Part shown: piece after piece, positions 43,020 to 53,200 of the stretch
How the letters are laid out: each line of letters starts with the position of its first letter
Position numbering within the stretch: position 1 is the stretch's first letter
Virus record (IMG/VR): IMGVR_UViG_3300044695_002920
Span: 1-57,808 of that record
From: a virus
Taxonomy: Duplodnaviria; Caudoviricetes
Length of the DNA stretch: 57,808 nt
Direction: 5' to 3' (one strand)
Program-made: the position numbers and the translations under genes
Notes under the pieces: generated by a model
What the model saw: only the letters and a program-made list of their open reading frames with translations
Told to the model about the DNA's origin: nothing
The model's database searches: none

Positions 43020-44258
43020 TTACCTCCGGTTTCTGTCTACACGCCCGCCAATAGCGAAGCCCTTCATTGCTTTCACCACATCAGAGTGCGTAGTGACTTC
43101 GTCCCCAGCTTTATCCCAAATGGCGTGATGCGCGAGATGTTGATAGTAGGGCCGTAGCTCTTCTGGCAAAGCAAAGTCGAGAGCCTCTTGTCTGGCGGAA
43201 AGCCGCTCCACCCCTTCAACACCTCCGAGACCGCCACGACGGGCGATGTATTTTGAGGCCTCTTTTGTCGGGCGGCCGGTGTTCAGGATTATCTGGCGGG
43301 CATCAAGGGTTGGTTGGTCACCTCGGCCAAGAAGAGAAGCTAAGAAACCGGATTTACTAGGGCCAATACCTTTGACATCCTTCGTAAACACCCTCCAATC
43401 TGAGGGGGTGCTTGCCATCTCGCGACCTGCCGCAACGAGATCCGACACTTGGGATTGTTGGCCGGGGAGGTTCAGCGCAGCCCATTCGAGGGCGTTGCGC
43501 AGATCGTTCTGTTTCCCAAATGGCTTCATCTGCGCGACGGCGTCTCCGATAGCGTTATCAGACAGCCGCCCGTATTGTGCGGCATCAAGATACGCCTGAC
43601 CTGCAGGTGTCCCGAGCCACTCACCAAATGCGCCTTCTGGCCGCACCTTGCCTGTGACATCAACAGGGAGATCAAGACCTGCGCGGCGTAGGTTCTCTGC
43701 GTCTGTAGCCTGCCGCTGGATGCTTGCGCGGGTGATAGTAAACGCTTTGATAAGATCGCGCGGTGTTAATCCTTGCCCTGCAGCGCGGGCTGCCTGTTCT
43801 TCCATGAAACGACCAAAGTCGATCACATGTGGCGGGATTTCAGACATACCGCCCAGTTTCTCGTAAACTTCCGGCAGGCCAGCCCAATTCCACTCGGGGT
43901 TAACCGCCGCCACAGGGTCTACGTACTCCGCGACGGTGCGAGGGGGCGGCATAACCTGAGCAATCTGCTTTTCTTTTACCGCAGGACTGGAGGGTTTAGT
44001 TGTTGCTGGCAACGCCTTTACGACGGGTTTCTTGCGAGTGACGTTTGTCTCAGGCGCTGGGGTTGGCGTGGTCTTCGCGGCCAACGACTTTTGCTTAGTG
44101 GCAGCCTTCCTCGGCACCGCCAGATCAGGCATGCTCAGAACGTCACGCAGTGGCTTCTCGATGACATCGGGAATGTAATCCGAACCGCTTCTGATGGCGC
44201 TTCTCAAACCGCTCTCGATGATGCGAGTTGGGCTTGGTTTGCGGGGTCTGCTTGACAC
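43020..44258 (-). CDS. Putative virion cargo protein A with HhH-GPD (EndoIII-like) glycosylase domain
   Basis: VKGIGPSKSGFLASLLGRGDQPTLD; C-terminal FAIGGRV. Confidence 0.7.
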   Translation of the reverse strand: MSSRPRKPSPTRIIESGLRSAIRSGSDYIPDVIEKPLRDVLSMPDLAVPRKAATKQKSLAAKTTPTPAPETNVTRKKPVVKALPATTKPSSPAVKEKQIAQVMPPPRTVAEYVDPVAAVNPEWNWAGLPEVYEKLGGMSEIPPHVIDFGRFMEEQAARAAGQGLTPRDLIKAFTITRASIQRQATDAENLRRAGLDLPVDVTGKVRPEGAFGEWLGTPAGQAYLDAAQYGRLSDNAIGDAVAQMKPFGKQNDLRNALEWAALNLPGQQSQVSDLVAAGREMASTPSDWRVFTKDVKGIGPSKSGFLASLLGRGDQPTLDARQIILNTGRPTKEASKYIARRGGLGGVEGVERLSARQEALDFALPEELRPYYQHLAHHAIWDKAGDEVTTHSDVVKAMKGFAIGGRVDRNRR

Positions 44259-44262
44259 GGTG

Positions 44263-47200
44263 TTACCTCCGCATTTGCTTCACTGCGTAGCGGACAGGCC
44301 GCGCCGCAAAATTTATAGCCGCCTGACCGCGTCGCGTGTTCGCAAGCCTCTTGCCAGCCGCACCTGCACCCATCAGGATGGCAAAGTCTGCGGCGTTGCG
44401 CGGAGCATCTGCACGAATGGCCGACATCCGGTCGGATCCGGCCACCTTCGGATCGGGTTTAGCCTGCCCTGCCGAATACAATGCGCCCTGACCGAGAGCG
44501 TCGACAGCCCCCGCACCGAGGCGAGCGAGGCGACCAGCATTGCCCACTACCCGTGCGCCAGCGAGCGACGGGGCCAGAAGCGAGCCACCCAGCATGCCAG
44601 CACCCTCAAGCACCATGGCGGTGTTCGGGTTGGCCTTAGCATAGCGCTCCTGCAGCATGCGCAGGCGGGTTACCTCGTTTTCGTATGCGTTCGGATCCCT
44701 AGACGCGAGCGAGCGCAGCTTGGCCTCGATCTCGTCACCGAAACCGAAGGTCAGGCCCTGCCCCACTGTGCGGGCTGCGTTCGCGTAGTCATAGCCGCGG
44801 CGGGGCCGTCCGCCCTTCTTGAGCTGCTGCACGGAGCCGCCACGGGCCAGCTCCACGACGTTGCCTGCCTGATCCACGCGGGTGCCGTCAGGCAGCACAT
44901 ACGTGTCCGTATCGGCGTCGTACGCGCCTTCTGTGCCGAGGTCGATAGAGCCGCCCTGCGGCGCTGGGCTATTGACCGGCACCATATCCTCAAGCGGCAC
45001 ACCGTCTCCGCGTGTCAGCTCGACAACTGGGCTGCCGGGCATGCTGGCCTGCGGCGTGCGGTATATCTGCGGCAACTCTTGCGGGGCTGCGACTTCTTCC
45101 TGCCCCTGCGCGGCTTGAAGGCCCTGCGCACCAGCCATAAGGCTCTGGATGGTCATCCGGTTGTCACCGTACTTGGTGTTCAGGTAGTCAAAGGCGTCGG
45201 CGATCGGCTGGCCGCGCTGCGCCATGTTGGAAAACGCAGCGCCGATCGTCCTGTCGACCGCGCCCATGCCTTGCCCAGCTTTGTAAGCGGCCTCGCCCAT
45301 CAGGCGCGGAGACGTCAACGGCAGAGTTACCAGCGACGCGCCCGAGGTTGGGATGGCTGCCATCAAGCTACCGCCAGCACTTATCTGGCCAAGGCCGCGC
45401 GGTGTTTTTGCCGATAGCTGCTGCCCCGCCAGAGCGGGGAACAGCTCAGTCGCGCCTGCTGCTTCTAGCTCGCGGCCTAGCTCTACGCGTCGGCCATAGT
45501 TGGTGTTGGCATTGTTGCGCAGCATGGACTGCAGCTTGCGGAGCGAGGTATCGACCTGCGCGCCCGGCTTGAGCGAGAGCGTGCCTTCGATGTCGCGAAG
45601 TTTCTCCATGCCAAACTCGTAGTCCGCCATCACCTTGGCGTAGGCGGGCACCTGATCGTTGATGACCTTCTTGACCTCGCCATACACCCCCGACGCAATC
45701 GACGACGCGCGGCGGTTGTTCTCAGTCGCAAAGGCATTCGACAGCTCACCCAGACGCTGCTTCAGAGCGTCCATGCCTTCCGGCGTATGGAACTGATCAG
45801 GGGTGTCACCGTACCAATCGTCGACAATCGCCTTGGCTTTCTCGTACACGGCCGCCGCAGACGGGTTTACAACTTTGTTGCCCCTGAAAGCCCGGTCACG
45901 CAGCTTATCTAGGCGGTCGTAAATAGGCTGGAAGTCTAGGATGGTTTTGTCTTTTTTGACGTCTACCATGCCCGAACGGTAAGCCTCAGATGCCTGTGAG
46001 CGAATGTTCCCCACCGCCTCTTTGGCTTGCGTGAGGACAGTATCCAGATCTGCGCCGCCGCGCATGTTTTCGAGGAAGGTCTTAGCCCCTTCGCCCCCCA
46101 TGCGCCCAGCCTTAGCGGCCTCCTTCAGGGCGTCCGCTCCCGCGCCAGTGGTGAGCCCGACAGCCTGCGCCGATCCCTCTTGGATGGCCTTACCGGTGAG
46201 CGCCAACGCCTTAAACGGCGCGGAGGCAACGCGGGCAGTCAAACGGACGGGATCCAGCGTCTCGCTCAGTTTGGTGGCCTTTGCGATGTTACCCGCCTTA
46301 CCGAGGGCACCAGCGACTACAGTCGCGTCAGAAAGCACCTCAAAGGGGCGCTCTGCTAGGGCTGTCAGGAAACCGTTCTCCGTGCCGTACTGCGTGGCGT
46401 AGTGGTTGCCAAGGGCGGCGAGTGTCTCGCCGTCAGTGATGCCGAGGGCGTCGCCAGCCAGCTTGCCGATGCTGGTCACCGTCTCAGGCAGGTCTACGGT
46501 GAGGGCCTTGCCCGTTTCCGCAAAACTTTTGACGGCACTCATGGGCAGGTTAGCGACACCGGAGAGGGCCGCTTCCGGCCACGTAAGACCGCCGCGCGCA
46601 GCCTCGTCAATCTGCTCGTAGCTGAAACCGCCCCACTGCAGGCCCTTTTCCATGTTCTGGACAGTCTCGCGGCCCTTCGCAAGCGCGTCAGCCTTGAACG
46701 CATCATCGGGCTGGACACCGGACTGCACCGCACCAGCCGTTACGAGGTCTGCATACGCCTGCGGCGTAAGCTCTCCGCTTTGGTAAAGCGCGCGTATGCG
46801 GCCCGCAGTCTCTTCAGGCAGACGGTAGCCTTGGGTCTTGGTGGGGTCTATCCTCTGCAGCAGATCCGCCTCGACCTCATTGATGCCGCGCGGTTTCATA
46901 CCCAACTTGAGCAGTTCCGACGGCGAGGTGCCCCCGGCCATGCCAGAAATGAGCAAGTCGAGCATGGCGTACTTGGTTTCGATCGTCCTATCACTGTCGC
47001 CCGCTTGCGGGATGTAGGACATGAAGACCGCCATTTCCTTGTCGCTGTCGCCTTCTTTTGCGGACTGCGCGACGAGTGGTCGGATGAGCGACAGCATGGT
47101 GTCATTGGCTTTTGTAAAGCTCTCGAATGCCGGTATGGCGGGAACGACGCCGCCGAGTGTCGGTTTGTCGAAATACTCGGCGTAACCAAAAAGGCGAGAG

Positions 47201-47547
47201 GCGGGCTGCCCTTTGATGTCCCGCTTATACAGGCCGATGTTATTCAACATCTGCGCGCGCACGACGGCGGCGCGCTGCTCTATCCCGCTCCTCTTCGCCT
47301 CTAGAGCAATTTCCGTAGCGGTCTGCTTGGGGCCCTCTTGGGCGTCCTTTTCAGCTTTAGCGGCGTCGGCGATAGCTTTACGCGCGTCGGCTTCCGCCTT
47401 AGTGATCTGGGCCTTAACCGTCGCCTCACTCACGGCAGCGCCTGCCTGACCCCTGCGGATGTCGACCTCGCGTTTTGTTGCCTCCTGCGTAGCAGGGCCA
47501 CTCCACGTTGCGCCGGAAAGATCAATCTTTTCGGGTCCAGCCATCAC
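44263..47547 (-). CDS. Large DNA-ejection/internal virion protein
   Basis: 1094 aa, helical and A/G-rich; GQGLTFGFGDEIEA motif; operon position. Confidence 0.75.
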   Translation of the reverse strand: MMAGPEKIDLSGATWSGPATQEATKREVDIRRGQAGAAVSEATVKAQITKAEADARKAIADAAKAEKDAQEGPKQTATEIALEAKRSGIEQRAAVVRAQMLNNIGLYKRDIKGQPASRLFGYAEYFDKPTLGGVVPAIPAFESFTKANDTMLSLIRPLVAQSAKEGDSDKEMAVFMSYIPQAGDSDRTIETKYAMLDLLISGMAGGTSPSELLKLGMKPRGINEVEADLLQRIDPTKTQGYRLPEETAGRIRALYQSGELTPQAYADLVTAGAVQSGVQPDDAFKADALAKGRETVQNMEKGLQWGGFSYEQIDEAARGGLTWPEAALSGVANLPMSAVKSFAETGKALTVDLPETVTSIGKLAGDALGITDGETLAALGNHYATQYGTENGFLTALAERPFEVLSDATVVAGALGKAGNIAKATKLSETLDPVRLTARVASAPFKALALTGKAIQEGSAQAVGLTTGAGADALKEAAKAGRMGGEGAKTFLENMRGGADLDTVLTQAKEAVGNIRSQASEAYRSGMVDVKKDKTILDFQPIYDRLDKLRDRAFRGNKVVNPSAAAVYEKAKAIVDDWYGDTPDQFHTPEGMDALKQRLGELSNAFATENNRRASSIASGVYGEVKKVINDQVPAYAKVMADYEFGMEKLRDIEGTLSLKPGAQVDTSLRKLQSMLRNNANTNYGRRVELGRELEAAGATELFPALAGQQLSAKTPRGLGQISAGGSLMAAIPTSGASLVTLPLTSPRLMGEAAYKAGQGMGAVDRTIGAAFSNMAQRGQPIADAFDYLNTKYGDNRMTIQSLMAGAQGLQAAQGQEEVAAPQELPQIYRTPQASMPGSPVVELTRGDGVPLEDMVPVNSPAPQGGSIDLGTEGAYDADTDTYVLPDGTRVDQAGNVVELARGGSVQQLKKGGRPRRGYDYANAARTVGQGLTFGFGDEIEAKLRSLASRDPNAYENEVTRLRMLQERYAKANPNTAMVLEGAGMLGGSLLAPSLAGARVVGNAGRLARLGAGAVDALGQGALYSAGQAKPDPKVAGSDRMSAIRADAPRNAADFAILMGAGAAGKRLANTRRGQAAINFAARPVRYAVKQMRR

Positions 47548-48233
47548 ATCGCTCCTTTGCTAGGGACAGTTCCAATTTTCATGCCGGTAGCAGGATCGTA
47601 CACATCTTGCGAGCCGTCTGGATTGGTGAAACGCAAACTCCCGTCTGTATACTGCCTCAAGGTAATACCCGACTTCGTGGTGACAGTCTGGCGTGTTGGT
47701 TTTGGTTCGTCGGGAGACACGTAGGACATCATGTTTTCCGACCAGTTCTGCGTAGGTTTCTTCAGCAACGACCCAGCAGTCCTCACGAGGTCTGCAGCCG
47801 TCCGAGCGTTCTGCGTGCCGAGGCCCGCGCGCCGCATGCCGTAGGCCTCGTCGAATTTCGCGAGCTGCTCCTCGCGCGATAAGGCCGCCTTGCGCTGTGC
47901 CTCGCTGATGTCGCCGAAGGCACCGCTGATCTTGCCGATCGTGCCCGCGATGCCGCGATGCTCCCTCGGGGCCAGCAGCGCCTTAGACAGGGCGAACAGT
48001 TGCTCGGACGTAGACGGCCCTTGGTTGCGCGCAATGATATTGGCGCGGCCCTTCTCGTAAAACTCCGCGAGGGTCTTCTTCTCTGCCTCTTGCGCCGCCA
48101 TCTGCTGGTTGAGCACGGCCTGCAGAACAGACGCGGGATCGTCGCGCAGTTTGCCGAAGTCGATGCCGCCCATGGCACCAAGAGCGCCCAGCTTGCCGGT
48201 GTCGACGGGTACTTCTTCTTCTTCCTCGTACAT
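47544..48233 (-). CDS. Internal virion/ejection protein
   Basis: Helical 229-aa ORF; ATG directly after the upstream stop. Confidence 0.7.
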   Translation of the reverse strand: MYEEEEEVPVDTGKLGALGAMGGIDFGKLRDDPASVLQAVLNQQMAAQEAEKKTLAEFYEKGRANIIARNQGPSTSEQLFALSKALLAPREHRGIAGTIGKISGAFGDISEAQRKAALSREEQLAKFDEAYGMRRAGLGTQNARTAADLVRTAGSLLKKPTQNWSENMMSYVSPDEPKPTRQTVTTKSGITLRQYTDGSLRFTNPDGSQDVYDPATGMKIGTVPSKGAM

Positions 48234-48234
48234 G

Positions 48235-50292
48235 TCAGATCCCCAATAGCTTGCTGAGAGCGGATCCAGCCTGCGCGCTTGATAGTATGCCGCCAAGACC
48301 AGTCAGCGCGCCGCCGATAGTCTCTGCGGTGCTCGGTCTCAGTTGCGGCTGGTAGCCCATAGGCACGATCCCCTCGTCGCGGCTGGCCACCGGTACGCCC
48401 GATTTGACGCCGCCGAAGGTCTGCAGCATCGCGTTGATCTGCTCCTGCGGGTAGCCCTGCTGGCGGAGGAAGTCGGCGTAGGCGACGTCGAGGTTCTTCT
48501 GCGCCTGCTCTTGCTGGATGCCGCCGACTTGGCCAAGCGCGCCTGCGCCAGTGAGGCCGAGGCGCTGGGCGTCCGCGCCAAGAGTGGCGAGCTGCTGTGC
48601 TCCGGCGAGGTTGCGAGTGAGATCCTGACCAGCGAAGCCACCGGCAGTCTGGCCCATCTGCGAGAGCAGACGCTGCTGCTCCTGCGTGATGCCAGCACCG
48701 GAAGCGCCGAGGGCCGCCAACTGCTGCGCGGCGCTGAGCGCGCCCTGCTGACCCGTACCGGCCAGCGTGCCGAAGCGGCCACCGATGTCGACCAGAGCCT
48801 GCTGCTGCTGCGCCATGAGGTTGCCGCCGATCTGGCCCAGCGCACCCGTCTGCTGCCCCGCCTGCGCGAGGGCACGCTGCTGCTCGGTGCCGAGCTGCCC
48901 AGCCTGCGCGCCGATGTTGGTGAGGGCCTGCTGCTGCTGCGTCGTGAGGCCGCCAAGCTGGTTGGCGATCGCGGCCTGCTGGTTGGCAGCCTCGAGCAGC
49001 GCCTGCTGCTGCTGGCCGCCCAGTACGCCGCGCTGCGTGCCGATGCTGGTGAGAGCCTGCTGTTGCTGCCCTGTAAGCTGGCCGAGCTGCGTGCCCACGG
49101 CGGCCTGCTGCTGCGCGGCCTCGAGCAGGGCCTGCTGTTGCTGCGAGCCGAGTTGGCCTGCAGTCCCAGCGAGCTGAGCCTGCCGCGCGAGGTCGGCTGC
49201 AGCCGCAGCCTGCGCCTCGCCATAGCCTCGGCTGAGTAGCTCACCCTGCTGCCTAACTGTTGCCTCCTGAACGTCGCGCAGGGCGCGAGCCGTGTCGGTC
49301 ATCATGCCCGAGGGCGTGCCGGATCCCGGCTGACGGCCACCAGCGCCGAGCTGGCCTGCGGCGATGTAGCGGCCCTCAATATCGGGCAATAGGTTCTCGC
49401 GCAGGTTGCGAGCGCCCAGCTCACCGACCTGCCTGACGACCTGCTCGGTGTAGGGGTTCATGTACTGGCTGATGTTGGCGACGCTCGTCTGGCCTGCCTG
49501 CCCGAGGTACGGTGCGGCAGCCGCGAGGCCGCCAGCGGCAGTGCCCTGCTGGATCGTGCCGAGGGCCTGCTGGTAGGCGGGCGAGGCGGCGCTGACACTG
49601 CTCAGGCGCTCGGCGGCGGAGAGCGTGGGCTCCGCGGACTGCATGCCCAGAGCCTGCGTGCCCTGCGCGGCGGTGCCCAGCGCCTGCTGGAAGCCCGGCA
49701 GGGCGGCGCTGACACCTGAGAGCTGGGCCGCTGAGCCGAGGTAGGGCTGCGCCGCCTGCTGGCCGAGAGCCTGCGTGCTCTGTTGCGCGAACTGCTCGGC
49801 CTGACTGAGGTAGGGGTGCGCGAGGTCGAAGCCGGACATGCCCGCAGCCTGCTGCAGATAGGGCTGCGCGGCTCCTACGACGTTGGTCTGTCCGGCCTGC
49901 GTCGTGAGGTTGCGCGCCGCGTCGTAGTCGCTGGCGGCGACGCCCATGGGGTTAAGCTGCTGGGCCTGAGTGAAGTAGGGCTGGGCGGCTGCCAGAGAGC
50001 CCGGAGCGCCCAAGGCACCCTGCGTCGCCTGCGTGGCAGCCGTGAGGGCAGGCTGATAGGCTCCGGCCGCCTGACCAGTCTGCGCGAAGGCCTGCTGCTG
50101 CGTGGGCGAGAACTCAGCGACGCGCGGACCCTGATAGGTCTGCAGCGGCTGCGCAGCCAACGCCTGCTGGTTGGAGAGCAACTGCATGGCGTAGTTGGTG
50201 TACCACTCAGGCAACACGCTCTCGCTGATCTTCGACGTGTATGTCGAGCCAGCGGGCAGCTCCCCGTTGTTGAGAAAATCACTGAGTGCCAT
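48235..50292 (-). CDS. DNA-transfer/pilot protein, Q/A/G-rich helical repeats
   Basis: YQGPRVAEFSPTQ, YMNPY, QQGYP motifs; C-terminal hydrophobic Gly-rich helix. Confidence 0.75.
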   Translation of the reverse strand: MALSDFLNNGELPAGSTYTSKISESVLPEWYTNYAMQLLSNQQALAAQPLQTYQGPRVAEFSPTQQQAFAQTGQAAGAYQPALTAATQATQGALGAPGSLAAAQPYFTQAQQLNPMGVAASDYDAARNLTTQAGQTNVVGAAQPYLQQAAGMSGFDLAHPYLSQAEQFAQQSTQALGQQAAQPYLGSAAQLSGVSAALPGFQQALGTAAQGTQALGMQSAEPTLSAAERLSSVSAASPAYQQALGTIQQGTAAGGLAAAAPYLGQAGQTSVANISQYMNPYTEQVVRQVGELGARNLRENLLPDIEGRYIAAGQLGAGGRQPGSGTPSGMMTDTARALRDVQEATVRQQGELLSRGYGEAQAAAAADLARQAQLAGTAGQLGSQQQQALLEAAQQQAAVGTQLGQLTGQQQQALTSIGTQRGVLGGQQQQALLEAANQQAAIANQLGGLTTQQQQALTNIGAQAGQLGTEQQRALAQAGQQTGALGQIGGNLMAQQQQALVDIGGRFGTLAGTGQQGALSAAQQLAALGASGAGITQEQQRLLSQMGQTAGGFAGQDLTRNLAGAQQLATLGADAQRLGLTGAGALGQVGGIQQEQAQKNLDVAYADFLRQQGYPQEQINAMLQTFGGVKSGVPVASRDEGIVPMGYQPQLRPSTAETIGGALTGLGGILSSAQAGSALSKLLGI

Positions 50293-53200
50293 TACAAACG
50301 TCCTCCGGCCATATAGTGCTCAGGCCTCTTCGCATTTTCACTGAACTCACCGCGAGCGAGCTTGCGGCCCTTCTGTTTCCTTACGTTCACGCGGAACTTG
50401 TCAAGCATCTGCGCGCCCGCCTTGTTCGAACCGTTGCCCAGAAGCGCAACTGTTTCGGCGTCTATAACATATTCGCCGTCAGAAAGCAGCGCCGGTATTT
50501 TATCGTCGCGACCGTCTCCAGCCCCCTCGACGGCAAAGCCGCCTCGGGCGTAGCCGGTGTAGGCTTTGCTGGTGTTGCGCGCGCCCTGCGGCACGTAATT
50601 GAAGAAGCTCTGCTCCGGCCCGTAGCCATAGCGGTAATAGTCGATCGGCGCGCTAAGGCCCCGAGCCGCAAGGTCGCTGGGCGAGCGTGCGCCGCTTCCA
50701 CCTCCGCCGACACCGAGGCCGGGCAGGTTGGCTGGCGGGAGCTTCGCGCCAAAGATCGGGTTGAGCCTGCCCATGGTGCCCGGCACGTTGAACTTCTGGC
50801 TGCCGCCACCACCGCTGCCAGCGAGGCCGCCCAGTAGGCTGCTCAGCAAGCCCGCGATGCGCAGATAGTCGGCGATGTCTTTGAGGGTCGTGTCCTTCTT
50901 GGCTTCGGGCTGCGTCGCGCCATCGCGAGCGCCGGTGAAGCCCAAATCAGTGCGCGACGTAACCATGGGCGGCGTCACAGGTATGGACGTCGGTTGCTCA
51001 GGTACAGTCGTCTTATTGCCAATTACATTTATGCCCTCCTCGTAAGTGACAGGAGGCAGGCCGCCCGATGTTATAGGCAGCGTAACTGGGACAGATGGCG
51101 GCAGCGGCGGCGCATTGTTGCCCGTAACGACGATCTGGTCAGGATCTGTCGGCTGTTGAGCCGCATCGAGTGGCTGCGGTATCGGTACGGGCTGCGGCGA
51201 CGGCGCGAATATCGATGGCAGCGGAACAGACGGCATCACCTCACCACCTGTGACGACGATATCCCTGTTTTCGGGTGCCGCCTCGGGTTGCGCGGGTTGC
51301 TGAACCACACCGGCATCGAGCGGCTGCGGTATCGGTATGGGTTCCGGCGACGGTGTGAATATCGGCGCAGGGATGGGTATGCTCGGCGTCACATTGCCGC
51401 CCGACACAACGATCTCGCTCTCTTCAGGAGCTGCGGGTTGCTGCGGCGCGCCCGCATCGAGCGGCTGCGGTATCGGTATAGGTTCCGGTGACGGTGTGAA
51501 TATCGGCGCGAGGTTGACGCTTGGTGCTGCATTGCCGCCCGACACGACGATCTCGCCCCCGAGGGTATCTGCTTTAGCGTCGCCAGCCACATTCGAGCCG
51601 CTGCCAGCGCTAATCGGCGTGCTCGGACTTACGCCGCCGGTAGTGGTTATGGTGTTGGTCGCCGCATCATAGACACCTGATCCCCCCGGCAGTGTGATGC
51701 CTAACTCCTCGGCCACGCCCGGTATGACGTACGATGCCGCACCAGAGGCCAAGCCGCCGAGCAGTGAGTTCTTTAGGTTCTGGCCCGTCGCAAGACCGCC
51801 AGCAGTCGCGCCGAGACCTGTGCCGACCGCGCTGGCGGCCTTTGTTGCGCCCAGAGCAGGGCCCAGTATAGTGCCGCCTGCCGTCGTGAGGCCGCCCATG
51901 ACAGCGCCCTTAAGCGGGTCGCCGCCAGATAGCGCATTACCTGCTGCGCCTGCCGCAGCCGCCGCTGCGATCTGGGCAGGGACGCTCAGACCGCCGGTCA
52001 GGACCGCTGTGGCGATGGGAAGCGCGAAGCCTGCAATCTTACCGAACACACCGAGGTCGCTGCCCTTCGGGTCATCGTCGGCGATGCGCGACCACTGGCC
52101 GTCCTGATCCGAGCGCTCAAGATACCAGTCAGCCTTGGTGCCACCCTCGGCCGACAGGCGCTGCGCTGCGGCATAGGCGTCGCGGAGGCCCTGTTCGCCC
52201 ACGCCGCTGGTGAGAATGGCATTCTGGCCCCGCTCGTTGACGAGGCGGTAGGTGGCGTTGGGGTCGAGGCTTACGAAGGCGGTGGGGTTGGCTTTCGTCT
52301 TCGCGGGCTTACCGGCGTTGGTGACGAAATAGTAACCCTGCTGTCCGTCGTTCGTGACGAAGTCCAAGCCCGGCGTCGCGCTGGGCTTGCTGTACTGTAT
52401 CACGGTCTCCGGCGTCGGGCGCACCGTCGGTCGCGGGCCTGTGATGGCGTAATCCTCTGGCCCCATCAGGGGGTCAGTCATGTCGCCTACCGGCGCGTTG
52501 TAGTCGGCAGGAACGACGGCGTTCGGCATGCCTATCTGCTCGCTGTACACAGGCTCTACAGCGTAGGGTGCGCCTACCTGCTCAGCCGGTGCGCTGGGCA
52601 CTGGCTCCATGCTTACAGGCGCGCCGACTTGCTCACCGGGCATTGGGTAATTCACCAGAGCGGAGTAGTCAGGCGCGACGTAATCAGACACGCCGTAATC
52701 CAGTGGCGCTGGCTCTACGGCGTAGGGCGAGCCTGTCTGCTCGGCCGGTGCGCTGGGCGCTGGTTCTACGGCGTAGGGCGAGCCTGCCTGCTCAGTATAG
52801 GCTGGTTCGACGTAGGGGTTGTAGGCAGGCTCCACGCCGCTGGGCGCTTGCTCGCTGTACACCGGCTCCGAAGCATAAGGCGAGCCTACAGGCTCGTTAT
52901 ACACCGACGGCATGGATACCGAAGGCGTCGCGACGTAATCAGACGCGCCGTAGTCCAGCAGCGAGGGGTACTCGACTGGTGGCGTGTACGCGGGCTCCGA
53001 GTACTGCGGAGGCGTGTAGATGGGCTCGTTATAGACAGGCGGCGCATACTCGACTGGCGGCGTGTAAGCGGGCTCCGAGTACTGCGGGGCCGGTTCGTTG
53101 TAGACAGGCTCGTAGTACTCCACCGGAGACGTATACTCGGTCGGAGGTGTGTAGGCGGGCGGAGTGTACTCGACGGGCGGCGTGTAGGCGGGTTCGCTGT

